A DNA stretch of 64,000 bases from an uncultured Christensenella sp. (lineage in GTDB: Bacteria > Bacillota > Clostridia > Christensenellales > UBA1242), in assembly GCA_964630515.1 (NCBI GenBank), contig CAZVVP010000002.1, positions 12,302 to 76,301 of the forward strand. The letters are read 5' to 3'. The notes under the pieces were generated by a model. That model made no database searches and was not told the DNA's origin. It saw nothing but the letters and a program-made list of their open reading frames with translations. The translations under genes and the position numbers were made by a program. This document shows positions 15,001 to 24,000 of the stretch, one piece after another (the stretch's first letter is position 1; the number at the start of each line of letters is the position of its first letter).

Positions 15001-18000
15001 AACTATTACAAGTAAAGGTGACAATACAGGCGGAATTGCTGGTTATGTTACAGGTAGAGCAAGAGGTGTAATTGTTTATGGTATAGATTGTGAAGATTTG
15101 GAAATAACAGCAGAAGGTAACAACATTGGAGGAGTATCTGGTTATTATGAGAATGGTGATATAGGAAGTTTAGACAATGGAAAAGAAGTTACATTTAATA
15201 GACTTATAATCAAAGGTACAAGTAGACGAAGTCAATATGTTGGTGGTATAGTAGGACAAGCTGAAAAAGTGAATATATATGACACGACTATTACTAATTC
15301 TGGAACAAGTGCGGAAAGAAACACAATTTCTACCCAAGCAATTGCGAATCAAATAAAAGACAATTTAATAGATTATAGCAATCTTTCTGAGTATAAATCT
15401 TATATCGGAGGATTTATAGGTAAATCTACAAATTCTTCAATTACTAATTCTTCAATTAACAAAACTAATATCTTTGCAAATGGAGACTATGTCGGCGGTA
15501 TGATAGGTTACAATGATGCAACTTCTGCTACATTTATAACTTCGGGATCAGACAATAATATATTAAGTAATGTTTCGGTTGTATCCGAAAGATTACTATT
15601 AGGTATTAAGAACAACAAAGATAAGTATACAACAAATAATTACGTAGGTGGTTTAATTGGTTATGATGATAACAATTCAGGAGAACATTCCTTAAATAGT
15701 ACAGAAGATACAAATGCAATTAAATTGTCAAACTTAACAGTTTCTGGTGGACAATATGTAGGTGGCGTTGCTGGAGAATTAGATACTACAATTTCTAAAA
15801 TAGTTTCTGACACTTATTATAATTCTTTTGTATTAACAGACATTTCTATCACTTCAGATTATGTCGATGATGAGACGAAAAAAGAAGGAGTTGGATATGT
15901 TGGTGGTGCTATTGGTTATAGTAGTGGTATTTCAATAGATGGTATCAAAATCAACAAGTCTACCAATGGAACAGGAAATATTATTACTGGTATATCTTAT
16001 GTTGGAGGTATTGTAGGATATTATGATGAAGGAAACATATACAATGTTGAAGTAAGCGATGCTACAATCACGGCTACTGGCAAGAAAAAGTCTAGCGGGT
16101 CTTACATAGGCGGTATTGCTGGTTATATGAAAGACGGAGAAATCGGAAATGAAGATATTGGTGCTACTGTGCAAAATGTTATTATTTCTGCATACAGTTC
16201 TTATGTCGGTGGTGTTGTAGGTTATGCGAAAAATACTGACGTTGGAGCTGTAAGCGAGGAATCTTCATCTACAATCAGATTAAGTAATGTTACAATTTCA
16301 AACATTTCAGATGCTTATGTCGGTGGTGTATTCGGTAAGGCCGTAGATGGTTCAGGCATTCAAAATTTAAATGTTAAAGATATAGTGGTTACAGGTGCTG
16401 GTTCTTACGTTGGTGGTCTAGCAGGTGAAACCTCAGGAGATATTGGGTCAAGAGATTCATCAATTATATTAAAAAATGTTACTGTTACAGGTAATGGTGA
16501 ATATGTAGGTGGCGTTACTGGCAAAGCAACAAATAATATAACCAATATTCTTGCTTTAACATTAAAAGTGAATAATAACAATGGAGAATATACTGGTGGT
16601 GTAACAGGTTGGTCTAAAGGAAGCATTAAAAACATAGTATTAGTAGATATTAATATACAATCTTATGTCAAGAATACTGATCCGAATAGAAAATTTGTAG
16701 ATGTTAACCTTGGTGGTATTGTTGGTTATTATGTACCTACAAGCGATAAAGTAATAGAAAATATATTAATCACTGCAACAAATGAATCAACATCCCGTTC
16801 AAAGATTCTAACAACTGTTAACAAAGGTTTCTATATAGGTGGAATTGCTGGATTTATAAATCGTGAGTCAGAATCTAATGTATTAAAAAATATCTCCGTA
16901 CAAAATACAGATATCGATACAAACTTAAGTATATATGTGGGTGGAGTTGTTGGTTTTTATCAAGCATCAGGAGTTGCAGAAGAAACTTCATTAGGAAACT
17001 TTGACGGTTTGCCTGATGTATCTTCAGATTCAGAGTGGCAAAAATATAAATCTGAGTCAGATGAGTATACTATAAAAAATGTGTTTATTAAAGGTGATTC
17101 TTATATCGGTGGTGTATTAGGAACCATAGATAATCATTCCGCTCAATATTTTTTGACTAATGTTAAAGTTTACAACATTGATATTGAAGCTGAAGGTAGT
17201 CTGGAAATTATAATAGACGATAGTCTTGAACTTGAAGGTGGATATATAGGTGGTATAGCGGGTTTCTTTAAAACAGCAGATACTAATTATGAAGATACTT
17301 ATAGCCAAATCTATGGTGTTGAAGTTACTGGAGGAAATGGTAATAATGCTTCATCAATCTTAGTCAATGAAGCTGGTAGCTATATTGGTGGTATTGTCGG
17401 TATAGTTGATGCAATAGCTACTAACGAAGATACAGCTACTAATGATGGTGGCTTAGTTAATGGAGCTTTGAATAATAATCGGGTATCAGTTTCTAATATC
17501 ACAATAGAAGCTGCTGGCCAATACATCGGCGGGGTTGCAGGAAGTGCAACTAAAGTAGCGCAGTATTATCACACAGGTAATAATACTATAGAGACAAATA
17601 CAAACGAATTAGTGGCATTAATTAATATTTCCAATGTGCAGATTTTTTGTTACAATAACAATATTGGTGGAGTTGCTGGTGACGTAGAATATGCAAATGG
17701 AACATATAGGTCAGATGATCTTACAATTACTAATCAATCTGGTAGCAAAGTGACAAGGATTGGTGGTCTATATGGTATGGTTTCTGGTAGCTTTATGAAA
17801 CTTGATAATATTGCTAATGAAGATTCTAAATTTATATATTCCAATAATACAAATATATCCGTTAGTAAAGGTACATACCTAGGAGATCTAGCTTCTGGAT
17901 CTTCTGAGCAAGTTGGAATAGGTGGCTTAGTTGGTGTATTGGAATATATTTCTGAAAATGGAATGAATGATAATCTTGGTGGTCAATCATTCAAAGTTTA

Positions 18001-21000
18001 TGAATTGGAAATGAATGTTTCTGGTGATCATATAGGCGGTTTGTTTGGTTACATTTATTCAACAAATGGGTTCTCAGAATTAACAACTGGTTATCTATAC
18101 GACAGTAGAATTAATGTATCTGGCGATTCTCAGTTTATAGGTGGAATTGTAGGTGAGGCAAAATTTGTTAATATTGATGGATGTATGATTAATGCTATAG
18201 AAATAGTTGTCGATGGTGTTGGTGGTCATTACACAGGTGGAGTTGCTGGTAGAGTTATTGGTAATGTATACAATGTTGCAGTTTCAGAATGGAGTAATGG
18301 AAACAATGTAATTTCTAGTACTGGACGTTATATAGGCGGAATTGTAGGTGCTTGTGAATCTGGCGAAGCTACAGATGGAACAGAAGATGGCGGAAACATC
18401 GGTCAATTTATGGTTAAAGCTCCTTTAATAGTAGAATCAACTTATACTGGTAGTTACACTATTTTGGAAAATGGTATAGGCCGTGCTCAAGTAAGAACTT
18501 ATGATTCTTATGTAGGCGGTATTGCAGGTTATGCGGAAGTATTCGGCGAAGACAACTATTCAACTTCTGATTATTCAGTAGTTATTCAGAGGTCAGTTTC
18601 TGTTAGTGCAAGATTTGGTTGTGTTGGTGGATTAGTTGGATTTATGAATGGTCCATTCAAAGCAAGCGCAGATATTGATGGAATTAATGTTAATTCTTCA
18701 TATAGCCAAGTAGGTGGCATTATTGGTTATTCTAATGACGAAATTGATTTTAGTAAAATAATGATTGCTGGTACTAACCAATATAACACTATCTCTGGAG
18801 ATAATTATGTTGGGGGAATTACTGGTGGTGGTTTACAACTTACTTACTATGATGGCTCCTTAGAGAGAACTATTAAAGAAGATGTAACTTCCAAGAATTA
18901 TCAATTTATGGCGTCATCTAAGTCTGATGCTTTAGGTACGTGTGAACTAAATGAAACTAACTTAGCTACAATATTAGAAGAAATCAATGATTTCATTGAT
19001 CCACAATATGAGATTACAGTAGGTGGTGTCAGTGATTTAAAAATTCAAACTTCAGTAATAAAAGCATATAACAGATTAGGAGATTTTATTGAGGATATTT
19101 CATACAAGGATTATGACCTTAAAGATGACCAATTAATTCTTGAATGTCTTAAAGAAAAAATTACAGAAGAAGTTAATGCTGATAACACTATAGTAGATAA
19201 AGCAGCAGAAATCGATAATAGTTATAATGAAGTGAAAGACACTTCAGAAGGTAAAGAAAAAGGTAAGAAACAATTAATAACACGTCTTGTCGATTACTTA
19301 ACTAAGAAGAATATCAAAACAATCAAGTTTGTATTCGAAGTTGATAGCGATACTACAAATGATGGTTATGAAGATGCAGTTGTGTTTAGTTATGGTCAAG
19401 AATTCTATTCTCAGAAACATATCTTTAATATGTTTGCTAGTCTTGGAGATAAGTTGAAAGACAAAATTACATTGAAAAATGATTCACAAGCAGGAGTGAC
19501 TAAAGGTAGTGGGTTAACTGATTGGCTAATAACTTATGGTTCAAAGACATCAGATGAGCAGAATGCATATATTAAGACTATTCAGTATGTTACTATTACT
19601 AAACAAAGTACAACCAAAATCAATCCGGATAACGGTAACGATTCTTATATTACTTTAGAATCCTTAAATATCGAAGGTAACGACTATGTCGGTGGTGTGC
19701 TTGGTAAATCTATAGTATCTAGTGGACTTAATGTGGATACCAATGGTTCTATTAATAATACAACGGTAACTGGTAGAAACTATGTAGGTGGTGTTTTGGG
19801 TAGTGGTAGTGCTACTATTAAAGCAACACTACGATGGGTAACAGTATCTGGTAATGATTACGTTGGTGGTGCTGGTGGATACACTAATAACGTTATATTG
19901 TCAGTTTCTAAATTCTCAGAAGATGTAGAAGTTTCTGGTAAGAATTATGTCGGTGGTGCTATTGGTCGGAATGAAAGTTCTGGAACAATAACAGGAATAC
20001 TAAAGCAATCTAATGTTACAGGTATCAATTATGTTGGAGGATTAGTTGGACAATTCAAAGGAGAAGATCAAACATTAACTTTGGGCACATCGCATATTAC
20101 GGAGACTATAGTCGTAGGATCTAGTTACGTAGGTGGCTTGTTTGGTGATGTCATTGCTTCTCATGTTACTCATGGCGGTGATGGTACATATCTTGGTGTA
20201 TATAACTCCACAATAGACGGTACTCAGCCAACATCTGATGCATATACTTATGTAGGTGGATTGTTTGGACATGTATATACTAAGAATATATATACAGATA
20301 ATGGAACTCTAAAGGGCGACGGTGGATTATATTTCTCACAAGCTGAGTTTATACATAGCACAGTAACAGGTATTAGTGGCGTCGGCGGAATTGTCGGTGT
20401 CATGGAAGGTAATTATGCAGTAGGTACATCTTATGTCATTGGTGATGAGAAAGCGTCTTACTCTATTACTGGTCAAGCTAATGTTGGTGGTGTAATAGGA
20501 GCATTAATAGACAAACTTAATAAGTTTAAGGTTGATAAAGTAGAAGATGATACTATTACTGGTATAGATGAATTTGTTCAAGAACATTATGAGTACGAAT
20601 TAGTTACAGATAATACATATACAGATACAGATTCTGTTATTGACAGTGTTAAAGATGGATCGTACAAGACCAAGATTTATGGACTTTCTGACTTTAATTC
20701 TCAAGCATATGTAATGGATTATAAGATTGGTAGCTTAAATGTTAATAATGTTGGCGGAGTAATTGGTAAAATTAACACTCTTAATATTATTGGCACAAGC
20801 GCAAATGCTTCGATGTCTATAACTAACGTAACACATACTGGCTTTAATAAATACGCTTTGGGTAATGGAGAATTATCAATTGATAAGAAAAATGATACAT
20901 ATTTCTATTCTGTTCCAACTAATATGGAAGACACCAAAGACGACTTCTATATCCAAGGTAACTCAGATGTAGGAGGCTTGGTCGGAAGATACGAATATGC

Positions 21001-24000
21001 ATCATATATCAATGATGATAGTATTGGATATATAGTATATCGGACTATCGCAGAAACAATGTCTAAAGCAGTGCAAGATGTATTAGTTTCACGATATTTC
21101 GAAGGAAAGAATGATGATGGGTCTGAGTATACAAGTGATCCAGAAGGTCAAAAATTTGCTAATATTATGAATTTATCTTCTAACAACTTAGTTGTAATAG
21201 GTAATAACAATGTAGGTGGTTGGATAGGTAGTACTATTAACCCACAATTATTAATTGGCACGAACTCTGAAGAATCTCACTTATATAAAAATAACCAAGT
21301 ACAATCTACCGGAAATAGAATTGGAGGAATGATAGGATATGCGACTACACTTTATGGTACTGGTAATATTAGAATTGGCGGATTAAGTTCTTCGTTTGAT
21401 GTTAATGCATCTGGTCAATATGTTGGTGGTGTAATTGGTATTGCAGAGAAAATTAATATTGATAGTAAATTTAATAATGAAGCTAATATATCTTTCAACA
21501 TGGATATTAACATACCTAACTCAGGTTCATATGTCGGAGGATTTGCTGGTTATCTAGTTAATTCTCCAGTAGATTTTAGTATTAATAATCAATTTAATCT
21601 GTGTTCAACTATAAATAGTGGTGATTACACTGGAGGCTTTATTGGTTGTGCTGATGTAGGTTCACCTGTAAGAGTTACAACATTATTTTATGATGCTCAT
21701 ATAGTAGGTGATAATTATACTGGTGGTTTAATTGGAAATATAGTCGAAGAATTAACATTATATTTTGTAGGTAAACAAACCAATGGAACATTCGTAGATG
21801 TAGATTATTCTGTAGTTGATGTATATGGAATATCATATGTTGGCGGGATTGCAGGGCACACTGGAAATAATGTTAACCTAACAGGAAGCTCTGGAGAAAC
21901 TTCTGTTGATGGAGAAGTTGTTGCAACAGGGAACAATATAGGTGGATTGTTTGGTAAGTGTTCTCTTGGTAATATTGATGGACAATTTGATGGTAGTAAT
22001 ATGATTTCCGTATCAGTCGATGTTCGTGCCTCTTCTTCTGAAATGGTTGGAGGAGTTATAGGTTATGCTTATATGTGTGACAATATAAAGAATTTTAGAG
22101 TTTATTATCCAGGTTCTATAATGAATTGTCCAGAAATATCCGGATTAGAAGGTGTTGGTGGAATTGTTGGATCGATGTTCTCTGGGAAGTTAGATAATTG
22201 TAATAATGAAGGAATTTATGTAACAGGACAAAATTATATTGGTGGATTTGTAGGTAATGCTAGTAGAGTTGAAATAAGTAATTGCAAAAATCAGGCAAAA
22301 GATATATTCGGTGAAAAATATGTCGGTGGTATATCTGGTAATCATAGTTACGGAATAATTCAATCATCTTGTGATAATGAAGGTAAATTGATAACAGGAA
22401 CCAAGTATGTTGGGGGGATAGCTGGATTCGTTAATAGTAGTGATGTGAATGTTGGTCCAGAGAAGTCACAAGGAGCATCAAATATAATTAAATATAATGG
22501 TGTATTTAATTTAAGATTTATAAATACAGCTATTAATATAAACGCAAGTGCAGTTGATGGTCAAAACAACATTGCTGAAGTTTTTGGTTCAATGTCTTTT
22601 GGGGACTTTATATCTAAATTTAGTGAATCTAGTGAGATTTTCACAAATAGTGAAAAATTTAAAGAAGTAATTGCAGATTTATATAATAATGATACTTCAT
22701 GGGAAAAGTATGTTGACGATATAGATTTTACATATAACGAAATTATAGCCGATGAAAATACGGAAGTTATACAATGGATAATTACTAATGTTTTTGTTGG
22801 TAATATTGTCGGAAATTCTATTGATGATCCTCATAATGATAAGACAGCAAAAAATGTAAAAGATTTGTCCGATAGAAGCCTTAAAGAAATATTTGATATT
22901 GAAAAACAAAATTATGAATCTGAGAAAAATGAAGAATTTTCTGAAGCAATATTTATATCTTCTCAATCAGGAGCAGGTGTTCAAAATGTTCAAAAAACTA
23001 TTAAAGTAAGATATCATTTTAGATTGGATCTTGTTAGAACGACATTTTCAGGGAATCCAAATGATCAAAGATTTAATGCGAGAGTTATAGATGCAGGAGT
23101 TTATAGTGATACTTACAATAAATTTGTTAGTTATTCTATGAACACTACAACAGATTCTAAATGGCATACATATTGTACAAACACTGCTGGTTGTAAACAT
23201 GGAAAATCGTATTATAAGGGAAGTGATTATGCTCTTTATAATAAAGGATTAGTGTTAATGTTATTACATGACTGCTTTGGAAATCACAGAATATCATTTA
23301 ATGATCAAATATTAGGAATTGATCCCGATTGGGGGAATAAAAACTTATATGACATACTAAATAATGATGGAAGTACATATTCAGCAGCTAAATATCTTGA
23401 CAAAAGTCGTCAAATTGTACTTACCGTGTGGATAACAGATAGTTCTGGTAATATATTAGAAGGAACAAAAAAACTAAGATTAAGGGTTTATCTTCCTTTC
23501 TCTTATAGTGAGTATGGAATAGTTGATCCTAAGAATAAAAAATCTGATGAAGAGTGGACTTTATTTGGTAAATTTGATTTTGACTATGGTAGTGGTTACG
23601 AAGATTCTAGTGCTGAAAATCAAACTTATGAAACTTATATTCGTAAAAACGGTGCTAATGATTATCATAGTTTGTATCAAAATAGAGATGCGTTCTTACA
23701 TCAAGTTCTAAAAACAAGATTTGATAATCAAGGAGAAAAATTATTTAATGTCAATACGAAAGATTTTGGACCCTTTGCTCAAATTAGTGAATATGGTGAA
23801 AATAAATTATTACTTATCGAAAACACAAAACATTATACGATTACTGACTCTTATCCACAAAAATATACTATTTATTATAGTGAAGAAGCAAATAATCTAA
23901 AAAGTGATTATTTTGGGCCATCTGAGTATTATCGTTATTATTTAGAGTGGAATGGTGGTGAAACTTACACAAAAGATGATCCAAAACAAGATACTGATGT

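Noticed and set aside
14390-22440. Whether the periodic repeat signal could be a CRISPR array or a tandem DNA repeat.
   Set aside because: The periodicity exists only at the amino-acid level, inside an uninterrupted ORF. Unit length is variable and the DNA copies are diverged. There is no conserved direct repeat with unique spacers.
23851-23859. Perfect DnaA-box 9-mer TTATCCACA.
   Set aside because: It is a single copy inside the giant coding region with no cluster or AT-rich unwinding element. About one such 9-mer is expected by chance in 64 kb counting both strands.
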